A DNA stretch of 23,027 nucleotides from NCBI RefSeq assembly GCF_004010195.1, contig NC_057718.1, positions 64,485,637-64,508,663 on the forward strand, written 5' to 3'. The stretch's first letter is position 1; every line of letters begins with the position of its first letter. The translations under genes and the position numbers were made by a program. Below, piece after piece: positions 1 to 10,101 of the stretch. The stretch is from Chiloscyllium plagiosum. Its lineage: Eukaryota. The notes under the pieces are model-generated. The model was not told the origin of the DNA and did no database searches. It saw nothing but the letters and a program-made list of their open reading frames with translations.

Positions 1-19
1 AGTTCACATCACCATCGCT

Positions 20-160
20 CCTCAGTTCTGAAGGGGAGTTATGTCAGATTCAAAACAATAATGATTTTTTTCTCTCCACAGATGCTGCTAGTTGTGTTGA
101 CTTTCTCTAGCACTTGTTGTATTTATTTAGATCCCCAGTAACCACACTATTTTACTTTTA
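20..160 (+). mobile_element. Degenerate Penelope-derived short repeat arm
   Basis: ttctgaag...aaaac followed by tctctccacagatgctgc; the same motif order as better-preserved copies at 3790-3935 and 12370-12435. Confidence 0.55.
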
Positions 161-598
161 TTTTATATTATTGAATAAATAAATCCTTTTGCCTATACAC
201 GTAATGGTGGATAGTAATTAACACTGCAACATAACTATATAAAGAAGTAGCAAGGAAATGAGAAAATTGCACTAAGATCAACCTCAAGGAGTTGGAATAC
301 ATTTGACAAGAAGAATCAAGCGACATTATTATTGTGGCCATAATTGTGGACTTCCTATGTGGAAGTTTACAACTGTAACTTGGGTACTTTATGAAGACAA
401 GGCTTACGTCATGGAGACCTTAGGATAATTTCCATGATCTAATTTGTGTAATAGAAGTGAACTAGAGAAATTTCAACCTCTATGTCTAATGTTCACAATG
501 CCTTTGATACCATTATTGGGAAGGAAGAGTAATCATTGATGATGCAAAAACATTACATAATCATCTCCAAGTTCCCACCAAGTCATGCATCATCCTCC

Positions 599-806
599 GG
601 GGTTTCCTCCGGGGGCTCCGGTTTCCTCCCACAGTCCAAAGATGTGCAAGTCAGGTGAATTGGCCATGCTAAATTGCACGTAGTGTTAGGTAAAGGGGTA
701 AATGTAGGGGTATGGGTGGGTTACGCTTCGGCGGGTCGGTGTGGACTTGTTGGGCCGAAGGGCCTGTTTCCACACTGTAAGTAATCTAATCTAATCTAAT
801 CTAATC
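599..806 (+). mobile_element. 5'-truncated HE1-like V-SINE with (TAATC)n tail
   Basis: V-domain ggtttcctccgg.gctccggtttcctcccac; CR1-like 3' end ggacttgttgggccgaagggcctgtttccacactgta; tandem TAATC tail at ~782-806; tRNA-derived head absent. Confidence 0.9.
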
Positions 807-835
807 CTGATTTGTAAACATGTCACTGTTCTTTC

Positions 836-1062
836 TGAAATAACTCCACAGAGGCAAGTATCCTGTCACCAAGCCACCCTTTATTGACAAGTGAAGAATC
901 CTTGACACTGATTCAGTTCCCTCAGAGCCAGCTCTTAGAGCAACAGGATGTCTGATACTCCAGTTCATATCTGTCAGTCAGGGCTCCTTGACTGTATCAG
1001 ATTAACAGCCTGAATCGGGGAACTCATATTCTGTGGAGGTCCACCTGGCTAATCTTGTTACA
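836..1062 (-). mobile_element. Solo LTR (short, ~227 bp)
   Basis: Minus strand starts TGTAACA and ends TTATTTCA (TG...CA), with an internal AATAAA near the 3' end; resembles a common shark LTR from memory. No clear TSD. Confidence 0.7.
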
Positions 1063-1159
1063 ATTAGTACGCTTTCAATGCCACTGCATCAAGGCACTCC
1101 CTATCTAATAGCAGTGTGGACATACCTTTGTCACACACTGCAATGGTTTTTTAAGGTAC

Positions 1160-1212
1160 CTGCTGTGAAACTGTCCTGGCGAAGGACAGTAAATGCTAAC
1201 AATGACGACTTC
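1160..1212 (-). other. Candidate 53-nt internal exon (coding status unknown)
   Basis: Minus-strand acceptor gttatttcttttcttttattgctttacag| and donor CAG|gtacct; two open frames (EVVIVSIYCPSPGQFHS or KSSLLAFTVLRQDSFTA). Confidence 0.3.
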
Positions 1213-1736
1213 CTGTAAAGCAATAAAAGAAAAGAAATAACATGGAACAAAGCTGCCTGCTTGTTTTCTTTTCCTTTAGGGTTTTCTCACAGCTACATTG
1301 CAATGGCTTAAACTAAGCATCTCTGCCAATTGTGGATAGTTTGTAAGATTTTCAACCTCTGAAGACAGAGGTTAGATAAGACTACTATTCAATGATGATT
1401 TAAATTGTGTAATTGAGTTTTTGAATCAACCTGGCATTTGGAGATAACCACTAACCTAAGCAAACAAAAGAAAAACAGTCATGCTAAACTGTCATAGCCG
1501 AAAATAACTAAACAGGAGGTTAAAAATACCAAATTGAATATGAGAATTAAACCAAGATCAGTAGATGAAATCAAGCTAAATATTCTAGATAGTCATTCAC
1601 AGTGCACATTCAAACCAGGATATCAAAAGCCACATTAGAAAGGATAATATGGGAATAAAAGATAATCTGTTTGGGACCAAGTGACCTTAAGTTAAAGGTA
1701 AAGCTGTGTATTAAGTTCATTTGCCTTAGTTTCAGC

Positions 1737-1908
1737 TAAAAATCACACAACACCAGGTTATAGTCCAACAGGTTTATCTGGAAACACTAACTTTCAGAGC
1801 GCTGCTGACGAAGGAGCATCAACAGATAAACCTGTTGGACTGTAACCTAGTGTTGTGTGATTTTTAACTTTGTCCACCCGAGTCGAACATCAGCTCCTCC
1901 ACATCATG
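1737..1908 (+). mobile_element. Penelope-derived inverted-repeat element
   Basis: 44-bp inverted arms 1737-1780 and 1823-1866 (2 mismatches), 3' extension to ~1908, CTGACGA hammerhead-core remnant at 1805-1811, degenerate flanking repeat ttagtttcag/ttagcttcaa. Confidence 0.75.
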
Positions 1909-1948
1909 TGTTAGCTTCAATTTACCTTTTTAGTACTTGCTGCTAAAA

Positions 1949-2212
1949 TCATAGAAGATAGAACATAGAACAATACAGCACAGAACAGGCCCTTCGGCCC
2001 ACGATGTTGTGCCGAACATTTGTCCTAGCTTAAGCACCCATCCATGTACCTATCCAATTGCCACTTAAAGTTCGCCAATGATTCTGACTCTGCCACTCCC
2101 ACAGGCAGCGCATTCCATGCCCCCACCACTCTCTGGGTAAAGAACCTAACCCTGACATCTCCCCTGTACCTTCTACCCTTCACCTTAAATTTATGTCCCC
2201 TTGTAACACTCT
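1949..2212 (-). mobile_element. CR1 LINE 3' end, 5'-truncated
   Basis: Minus ORF contains TRGHKFKVKGRRYRGDVRVRFFTQRVVGAWNALP (CR1 ORF2 C-terminus); 3'UTR gggccgaagggcctgttctgtgctgta; TTCTA(TG)-type tail. Confidence 0.93.
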
Positions 2213-2636
2213 GTTGCATCAGTATCAGAAATGTTAAGCATGCATTGTCCAATATTAGTATTCCTCACCTTGATGCGAAAAAGTCTGAAATTAGACCAGG
2301 TATACAAATCAAAACAGCAGTTTTTTTGTTTTCAAATTAGCTATTCAAAATAAATGGTTTATCAATGTTCGGTAATGATGTTAATTCGTAAGAAATTGAA
2401 TTGGCACTGCTAAAGTTCTAATAAGGCATAAATGTCATAAACCACAGTTACCACCATTTCATTTGTTGTTCTATCCAATTTCAACACATTTGATTTGTTT
2501 GAAATATTATCCTTCACAGATTTCAGTTCTAAGGTAGGAATATTGTGCATTCATGTTTTCAGGACATAATGAAATTGGTTAAAAACCGAAAGTTCCAAAT
2601 TCATTTATCTGTCTTGTTGCTTGTTCTTTCTTTTAG

Positions 2637-2687
2637 GAAGTAGAGTTGTTGAATCAGAAACTGCAGTTTTTGAATCAAAGAATGCAA
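2637..2687 (+). CDS. Probable internal coding exon (phase 0/0), coiled-coil peptide EVELLNQKLQFLNQRMQ
   Basis: Acceptor gtcttgttgcttgttctttcttttag|, consensus donor |gtaagt, 51 nt open frame with heptad-spaced L/M, non-repetitive flanks. Gene not recognised. Confidence 0.7.
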
Positions 2688-2954
2688 GTAAGTGATTCAC
2701 CCACAGGCAATATGTTGAAAATATTAGCAACAAGTGTCTTCTGAGGAAGCAATTGCAACCACCGAAATGGACATAGGAATTGCAATACACGAATAAACCA
2801 TGCCCACTCGTTGTATTACAGGCAGTACATAAAATTGGTACTGCCTCTTCTTTAAAATGATTGTTGCATGTTCTTCATTAGGTAAAGTATGGTGAGTAGT
2901 TAACACAAATTGAAATCAACCATACACCTCTGAAAAGAGGAGGCATGTATTGTG

Positions 2955-3052
2955 GCAGCAAAAAATGTTCAGGAAACTCATCAGGTCTACTAATATTTGT
3001 GAAGGGAGAAACAGAGTTAATATTTCAAGACCAGTACAAATTCTTTGAAACC
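2955..3052 (-). mobile_element. Degenerate Penelope-derived arm (inverted partner of 3790-3935)
   Basis: ggaaactcatcaggtct...ggagaaacagagttaatatttcaag is the approximate reverse complement of the arm at 3790-3935. Confidence 0.55.
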
Positions 3053-3099
3053 GAAGAAAGTGTAGATAAAGAAATGTTAGACAGAATCTTATGAGGTCT

Positions 3100-3780
3100 G
3101 AGTGAGATGGGCTGTCGAGAGATTTGTGACAGAATCGGATGAGAAACCCAGTGAGGCCGATCTTAATGTCAGGAGCATCTTGCTCCATCCTTTATGCTGT
3201 GGACTTGTGGTGGGCAGCAGCAAGTTGACGATTAAGGAGGCTTATAGCTTGTGAAAAGCCTTATTAACGGCCCAACTTGCCTCATTAATATTCAGCTTCC
3301 TATCATATCAAAAACTCCAAACAAGCAGGATGTTTAGAAATCTTGACATGGAAATCAGAGCCTGGTGACTCCAGCTGACCACTGGCTGTGACCAGCCTTA
3401 ATGTTGCTGAGGACCAAACAGCATCTTGGGCTACAGTCCTTAAGCACTGGCTACGTGAACCCCTTGATGACAGATATTGGCATTTACCAATGCATCAAAT
3501 CTGTCATGGCATCTCTCTGACACACTGGATGCTCAGAAAGCACAGAGTGATATTGCAGGTCACACTGGCAACTAGCATTGAAAAGCTGCTGCAGGCACAT
3601 TTAATGCACAGGGATATGGACCCAGCGTGTGGATTGGACCAGGCTCAATCTCAGCTCCGCTCACTTGCTGTGCTTATGCCCCCTCACTTAACACATTTAA
3701 CAGCATCCTTACACCATCCGTCTGTTAGCAATAGTCACAAAACCCTGCCTTGCTGCTCGGCAGTCCACGGTTGAATGGCA
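3100..3780 (+). mobile_element. Possible decayed PIF/Harbinger-type DNA transposon fragment
   Basis: Loose resemblance to the 11610-12030 segment and to remembered shark Harbinger internal sequence; no diagnostic motif seen. Confidence 0.25.
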
Positions 3781-3789
3781 TATATCTTG

Positions 3790-3938
3790 CTGAAGAATTC
3801 TGAAGCAGATGTATATTGGACACAAAACACTAACTCAGTTTAACTCTGTACAGATGCTGCCAGTCTTGCTGAGTTTCTCGTGCACATTCTGTTTTTATTT
3901 CAGATTTCCAGTATCTACAGTATTTTGCTTTTATTTTG
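3790..3938 (+). mobile_element. Degenerate Penelope-derived arm
   Basis: ttctgaag...aaaacac then acagatgctgccagtcttgctgagtttctc...tttttatttcagatttccagtatctacagtattttgctttt. Confidence 0.7.
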
Positions 3939-4076
3939 GTATGCACATCCTGCTGTACAACAGAGTGCTACATAAAACTCATTGCTGCACAATGTGCTAG
4001 CAGCTTGTGTTGCAAACTCATTGCATGTGCAACAAGCAAACATGCCTTAAAGTATTCGAGGAGTAAGCCTCACTGA

Positions 4077-4327
4077 AGTCACAGAGTCACAGAGATGTAC
4101 AGCATGGAAACAGACTCTTTGGTCCAACTTATCCATGCCGACCAGGTATCCTATATTAATCGAGTCGCAATTGCCAGCGTTTGGCCCATATCCCTTCAAA
4201 CCTTCCGATTCATTACCCTATCCAGATACTTTTTAAGTGTTGTAATTGTACCAGCCTCCACCACTTCCTCTGATAGCTCATTCCAACATGCACCCCCCTC
4301 TGTGTGAAAAAGTTGCCTCTTAGGTCC
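4077..4327 (-). mobile_element. CR1 (HER1-like) LINE 3' end
   Basis: Reverse complement of the same 3' end seen at 13560-13811; (CTCTGTGA)-type tail at the left. Confidence 0.9.
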
Positions 4328-4643
4328 ATGGATCTCCTGCAGTCAGGGGGTCTTTACAGGGAATCAGTAGTAGCTCCTAATTCCAGTCCAGGGAATTGGC
4401 TGTGGTCCAGTCAGCATCTTATCGATTGGGCTTGCATACCTATGCTATTCGGGGAGTGGGTCACAATCAATCCTGTGGTTTCATAGTGGATAGTCTGGGG
4501 GTGAGGTAGGACCAACATGGTTGGGGAGCTATACAACCACCAGTCTGGGATCTGTGCACTGGTTGATCAGGGCTACAGGTTGGATTAGATCAATTGAGGG
4601 GTCAGTTTGTCAGATCTGTCCACAGAAGTTAAGAGCAAAGGTC

Positions 4644-4677
4644 GGGGGTGGGGGGGGGGGGGGGAGGGGGGGGGAGG
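4644..4677 (+). repeat. Poly-G tract (G-quadruplex-capable)
   Basis: G5-T-G15-A-G9-A-G2 read directly. Confidence 0.9.
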
Positions 4678-4949
4678 TTTAGAGGACCACTAATGCTGGA
4701 AGATGACTTGGGATCCTATTTTTCAGGATTGGGGGCTGCAAGCTAGGGCAAGACGGGATGATGATTGAGATAGGGGGAAATAGTACCTACAAAGAGGAAG
4801 TTTTGTTAGGGGACAATGCGGGAGAGGCGTTCATCCAGTCATGGTCAAGAGAACCTTGGCTTCTAGTGGGATGATCTGCTAGGAACTTGGCGGGAGGATG
4901 GTGGAGGTGCAATGGTTTAAGGCTCATGTAGTTGTTTTGGGTAGGGACT

Positions 4950-5310
4950 TGCGGAAATGCAAAGCCTCTGGGATCTGAATGTTGGGGCCTCACCAGTATG
5001 TAGATATGGAGGTTAAACACCACTGGCCTTGTTCTCCAACAAATCAGGAGTACTGCTGGGCTTGTGACTTTCTGTAGCAAGAATGTGCTGTCTTCTCTCA
5101 GGATGACAACATTCCGCTCTAACTCTTACTACCCTGCCAATGCCAGGATGGCTGATTATAGTTAGTTGTCTCAGTTTGCTGAGGCATAGGCTGAGACAGT
5201 GCAGGGTGAAGCTGTTCCTAGGCCCAGAGTTTCACAAGGACATCTGACTAGGTCACCTTGCAGTTAACAGCCATCCACCATTCATGGTGTGGTCCCTGAG
5301 GAAGCACCTT
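4950..5310 (-). mobile_element. Possible decayed Harbinger transposase C-terminal fragment
   Basis: Minus-strand nucleotide resemblance to HDSFIL..SQVP and SGGALQYSP..V regions of HARBI1-type transposases; frames broken. Confidence 0.3.
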
Positions 5311-5424
5311 GTAAGAGCACTCAGATAAACAAAGGTACATGGACGACAGGCAGTAAGGGAATGAACATTGCTGATTGCATTATTTTTGTGCTTATCATAT
5401 CATCAGTAAACTTGAGACAACTAT

Positions 5425-5550
5425 CTCAATGATCTAACCAATCTGAAATATTAACTGTATCCATCCTACAGATGCTGTAAGATGTACTGAGAGTGCTAGT
5501 ATTTTTTTTCGTTTTTATTTAAGATTTCTAGCATTGGCAGTATTTTGTTC
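5425..5550 (+). mobile_element. Degenerate Penelope-derived arm
   Basis: tctgaaatattaactg...cctacagatgctg...gtttttatttaagatttctagcattggcagtattttg, matching the 3790-3938 arm. Confidence 0.55.
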
Positions 5551-5666
5551 ACATATAATTGGTCCTTTCTGCTTAAAAAACAATGTGTAATTTCTTTATT
5601 GTTGCTGACTCTCAATCACAAAGTCTCAGGTAACTCCATGTTTACTGTTCATAGATACTATATAGG

Positions 5667-5800
5667 TCTCAGCCATGGTTTAGTCAGTAGTACCTTTGCC
5701 AGTGAGTTAAAAGGTTGTGGTTTCAAATCTCATTTCAGAACCTGATATTCTCATGGATTATGGAGGGAGCGTTGGAGAGTACACTTTTGCTCCCCTTTAA
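5667..5800 (+). mobile_element. tRNA-derived SINE 5' fragment (SacSINE1/DeuSINE-like)
   Basis: Box A-like tggtttagtcagt and box B-like ggtttcaaatct at tRNA-type spacing; decayed. Confidence 0.55.
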
Positions 5801-5957
5801 ACCAAGAGACCATTATGCTGCAATTTCTGCCCTGCAGCTTATCAACCTCATTTACCATTCACCATGCACCTAAATTAGATCTTAGACTAACCCTATTTGG
5901 CACCTAATGTTAATGCAAAGTGCTACAGATATGGGGCGGGGGAGGTGGGGAGGGCAT

Positions 5958-6450
5958 CAAAACAAGGACAACATGTGTTAAACAAAGTCAACAGGGTGGG
6001 CAGCATCTGTGGAGAGAGAAACAAGGTTAACTTTGCAATTCCAATATTACTGTTCTTTGGAATTGAATAGGGCTAGAAAGGTAATGGTTTTTGTGCTGCT
6101 ATAAGGGATAGAGGGGAAGAATGATGAGTAAATGGAACAGGTGAGGTCAATACCTCACAGCAAAAGCCAAAGGGAGTGCTAATAACAGTAGAGATGATAC
6201 ATTGATACAAAAGAGGAGTTAATGGAATGTATAAATATCAGAGAACAGGTCAGTTATGCTGAGAGCAAATCATGCAAACAAGTGGTGGTGAAGGAGGTGG
6301 GTAGGGAAGCTGGTTTTGTGAGGGTAATCAAGATGTATGATGGTGACAGTAGTCTGAAGCTGTTGAACTCAATATTGAATCCTGAGGCTGTAAAATGCTT
6401 GAATGGAAAATGAGGTGCTCTTCCTCAAGGTTACGTTGAGCTCAGCGGAA
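5958..6450 (-). mobile_element. Penelope-like element 3' part (ORF C-terminus plus terminal repeat)
   Basis: Minus strand ~6350-6450 encodes QRNLEEEHLIFHSSILQPQ / GFNIEFNSFR-like sequence (GIY-YIG-adjacent C-terminus, cf. QRKLEEQHLIFRLGTLQP.GLNIEF); followed by the tctctccacagatgctgcc repeat, linking the short arms to a Penelope ORF. Confidence 0.75.
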
Positions 6451-6556
6451 TGGTTTTCATTCAACTCATAAGAAATCAAAACCTTGGAACTTTACCTCCA
6501 TTTGAACCCTGCCTTCTAATGTACCTGTGAGTAGTGACATTAATGTGTTTTGACAG

Positions 6557-6770
6557 GAAGAGTAGAGTCAAGCCACCTTAGGATCAGCCAGATCAAGACT
6601 GATAGCACGCATCAAGTTAACAAGATGCCATGGTAGATAAACCAGCAATTTTACCAGTTTTTGTCCACATTTAGCTAAGTCCAAATTGGGAAAGCAGCAT
6701 TTTACAGATATTCCTCGATTGACCATTTTATATTCATTAATGTTAATAAATTTGATTAGTCTGAAAGTGG
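6557..6770 (+). CDS. Candidate terminal exon: EE-stop (6557-6565) if joined directly to 2637-2687, or RVESSHLRISQIKTDSTHQVNKMPW-stop (to 6636) if phase 1; then 3'UTR
   Basis: Acceptor taatgtgttttgacag|, AATAAA at 6745-6750, T/GT-rich stretch at 6781-6802, non-repetitive sequence. The end coordinate is the approximate cleavage site. Confidence 0.4.
6745..6750 (+). promoter_or_regulatory. Candidate polyadenylation signal
   Basis: AATAAA with downstream U/GU-rich element after the candidate stop codons. Confidence 0.4.
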
Positions 6771-7174
6771 AGATCATTATCTTGATTTTGATGTATTGAT
6801 TTACGCGAAAAAGGGTTTCTGATATTTCATTCATAAAATGAAGGTGGCGTGATGTTCAAAATTAGAAATTGCAACAAAACCAACAATTGAAGTTTCCTGG
6901 TAATTTTTTGTAGGTGTTCTGAAGAAGAGGGAATTCATAAAAAGGAAGCAATTGATTTAGAACTTATTTTTAAAATACAATACACATGTTTTAAATGGTG
7001 AATGCTTAATGAAAGATTGATTCTGTGTATGTGAGGTAATTTAATGGGCTCACCTTCCTTTGAAACACTAGCCATTTGAAAATAAGTCACTGCTATTTGG
7101 TCACTGTGACCTCAGGGAAAAACGAAAGGAGCTGATTGACCATGACTGATTCCAAATAATCTAAAGCAGCAGCT

Positions 7175-7415
7175 GTAACTACATGCATTGATATAATGCT
7201 TACAACACATTAAAACATCCTGAAATGCTTCACAGGAATGTTTGTGAGACAAACTTTGACACTAAATACTGAAGGAAATACTGCAGCAAATGACCAAAAG
7301 ATTCATGAAAAGGTTTGAGGAGCATCTGAAAGGAGGGATTAAGTAGCAGAGGAATTAAGAAAGGGGGATTCAAGGGAGTTAGGTCGCTGAGAAGGATATG
7401 TTGCTCACAGAACAA
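7175..7415 (-). mobile_element. L2-type LINE 3' end, decayed
   Basis: acatgcattgatataatgc...tgcttcacagga...gacaaactttgacact...tgaccaaaag matches the remembered reverse complement of a shark L2 tail. Confidence 0.55.
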
Positions 7416-7439
7416 GGAAGTTGTGTGGGAGAAGTCTGG

Positions 7440-7900
7440 TTCTCAGCAGGAGGCCTTATCCATATGTTTTATTCATGCAATATTCCTCTTACCTCAGCCT
7501 AAGTTGGGAGCATTTTGTGCATTATCTCAGTTTCTCTAAAGAGTTACTCAGAGTTATCTGAAATCTCTGGTAGCTGGTGCTACAAACCTAGAGAAGGGCA
7601 GGTGCTAAGGCATTATGCCAGTGGTTGTGGTAATGAATTTTCTCTTGTCAGGACTCTTCCAGGTTGGAGCAGGCAACAACTCTCACATTTCCCGGCTCAC
7701 AATCCATCATTGCATAAAGAAGGCAACTGATGCTGTGTATGCCAGAGAAAGTGTATGCCATTGTCTTCTGACTGGAGAGAATTAAATGAAGTGTGCGCAT
7801 GACTTTGCCAGGAAAGCAGACTGCCTGATGGTACAATGTGCTGTTGACTGTATGCACTTGGATCTGTGAACATAGAATCTAAATGAAAAGATGGACTGAG
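7440..7900 (+). mobile_element. PIF/Harbinger transposase pseudogene fragment
   Basis: 7798-7866 reads HDFARKADCLMVQCAVDCMHLDL (cf. FARIAGFP.VQGAIDCTH, first catalytic D); upstream remnants of MNF..SG.FQ.GAG and HCIKE.T.A.Y with frameshifts. Confidence 0.7.
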
Positions 7901-8085
7901 ACAGCAAAGAGCTCCAGCTCCTGAATGTGCTGTTTGTGGCTGGCTATGTTAAGTGTATGTGTAGGTGAATAGGCAGAATCCTTGCAGACGTCCTGACTTG
8001 TTACTCTGTGCCAGTTTGCTGTGCCCTCACGGTGAAATGGATAAATGCCTTTCTTCTGCCTTCACTATAGAGAATACAAAAAGCA

Positions 8086-8298
8086 GAGTCTAGATTAGAG
8101 TGGTGCTGGAAAAGCACAGCAGGTCAGGCAGCATCTAAGGAGCAGGAAAATCAATATTTTCGAGGAATCCTGATGAAGGGCTTTTGCCCGAAACGTTGAT
8201 TTTCCTGCTCCTTGGATGCTGCCTGACCTGCTGTGCTTTTCCAGCACCACTCTAATCTAGACTCTAATTTCCAACATCTGCAGTACTCACTTTTGCCC
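8086..8298 (+). mobile_element. Penelope-derived inverted-repeat element with 13-bp TSD
   Basis: 70-bp inverted arms 8085-8154 and 8196-8265 (1 mismatch), 33-nt 3' extension, exact duplication aatacaaaaagca at 8073-8085 and 8299-8311. Confidence 0.9.
8164..8205 (+). ncRNA. Minimal type-I hammerhead-ribozyme-like motif
   Basis: aatc-CTGATGA-A-GGGC-TTTT-GCCC-GAAAC-GTT-gatt: core boxes, 4-bp stem II, AATC/GATT stem I, palindromic ACGT helix III. Confidence 0.65.
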
Positions 8299-8555
8299 AA
8301 TACAAAAAGCATCCCAGTCATGCCAGTAAATTTGGAGGTGGAATGGAGAGAGCAATGTGTAAATTAACTTTTAAAAAAGGGAGGCAGAAAATAGTATAGA
8401 CTGGTTAGCTTGACTCCTGTTGTGGTGCAGGAGTTAGAACTAACCATGGAAGTACTTATAGCTGCAGAATAATTCAAGATTGTGCCTTGATAGTGTATGG
8501 TTTCATCAAAGGGAAATCATGGCTAACCATTTCATTGGAGTTTTTTGAAGGCTTA

Positions 8556-9155
8556 TGTGATGATATTTGCCTTTAAGAGGGATTTGTTCTGTTCGGTTTC
8601 TCTAGAAGAGAGTTATTGTAAACTTGTACCAAGATGTCTGCTCCAAGGAAAGGAAAGTAAATAGCTTTTTTCAAAAATTAGACCAAAGAAACAGGAGCAA
8701 GTGGAATCAGGTTCAAACAGACCCAGGGTTTTAGTTTTGCTTTCAGTTGTTGAATTTGGGGTTTTGGAACTGAAACTGCTTGTTACAGTTTTCTCTCTCT
8801 CTCTCTTTCTCTTCCTCTCTTTGTGTGTGCTGCTAGATACACACGTTGAGCTTTTTTATCCAGGACTGGAAGAGATCACAAGTGAGGGAATTCTATTTTG
8901 CTGAATTTGCTTTTGCCAGGGGTGTTTATGGGATGCTGCTATATTCAAATAGTTGATCAGTAGTAGTTAAATAATATTATTTTAAGTATTTCAATATAGT
9001 TAAAGCTACACCAATTCTTCTTTCTTTCTTTGTAGTTTAACTGTAGTGTAAGAGTAAAGTGTGTTTTGCTTAAAGCTTACTAGTTAGACCAATCATTAGG
9101 GTCCAGGCTATCTCCTGGGAACATTTTGACCAGGTCTGGTCTGGTCTATAATACA
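8556..9155 (+). mobile_element. Solo LTR (~600 bp) inserted in old CR1
   Basis: Starts TGTGATG, ends ggtctataataca, internal CT microsatellite and AGTAAA signal variant; CR1 sequence resumes on both sides. Confidence 0.6.
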
Positions 9156-9426
9156 AAACATGCACTGTGGAAAACATACTATACTTGAGTTTCCAGAAGG
9201 CATTTGATATTGTGCTTTGATAATGGCCTACCCATGTTCCTACTTTCTGTTTTTTCATTGCTCTTTGGAAATGCATTGGAGGCGGTTCAGAGGGATTTAC
9301 TAACTTAATACTTGGAATGAGTGGGGTCTTGTGAGGATAAACTGAATTGGCTGGGCTTGTTTCTACCAGAGCTTAGAAGAACGAGGAGTAATTTGACTTG
9401 ATTGAATTGTATAAGATCCTGAATGG

Positions 9427-10101
9427 TCATAGAGTCATAGAAGTGTACAGCACGGAAATAGTTGGCCCAACTCTTCCATGCCAACCCCATATCCTAACTA
9501 ATCTAGTCCCATTTGCCTGCATTTGGCCCAATTCCCCCAAACCCTTCCTATTCCTATACCAATGCAGATGTCTTTTAAATGTTGTGATTGTCCCAGCCTC
9601 CACCACTCCCTCTGGCAGCTCATTCCATACACGCACCACCCTCTGCGTGAAAAAGTTGCCCCAGGTCTCTCTTAAATTTTTCCCCTCTCTCTATGCCCTC
9701 TAGTTCTGGACTCCCCCAGCCCAGGGAAAAGACCTTGGGGATTATTTACCCTATCCATGCCCCTCATAATTTTATAAACTTCTATAAGGTTACCCCTCAG
9801 CCTCTGATGCTCTAGGGAAAACAGCCCCAGCCTATTCAGCCTCTTCCTATAGCTCAAATCCTCCAACCCTGGCAATATCCTTGTAAATCTTTTCTTAATC
9901 CTTTCAAGTTTCACAACATCCTTCCAATAGGAGGGAGATGCCAGAATACTGGAAGTTGGCTAACGTGGTGCCACTATTTAAGAAAGGTGGTAAGGAAAAG
10001 CCAGGGAACCATAGACTGGTGAGCCTGATATCGGTGGTGGGTAAGTTGTTGGAAGGAATTCTAAGGGACAAGATTTACATGTAACTAGAAAGGCAAGGAC
10101 T
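9427..10101 (-). mobile_element. Younger CR1 (HER1-like) with inverted 5' segment
   Basis: 9427-9938 minus strand: KLERIKKRFTRILPGL...TRGH, WNELP and tail. 9939-10101 plus strand: WKLANVVPLFKKGGKEKPGNHRLVSLISVVGKLLEGILRDKI (RT N-terminus). Confidence 0.9.

Noticed and set aside
195..570. Very old LINE endonuclease remnant
   Set aside because: Too decayed; no motif could be read confidently.
1280..1341. Plus-strand exon after a strong acceptor (tttcctttag)
   Set aside because: Stops in all three frames before the gtaaga donor; could only be non-coding or terminal, with no further support.
5624..5629. 6-nt microexon TCTCAG with donor gtaact
   Set aside because: Weak acceptor (acaaag); not supportable without RNA data.
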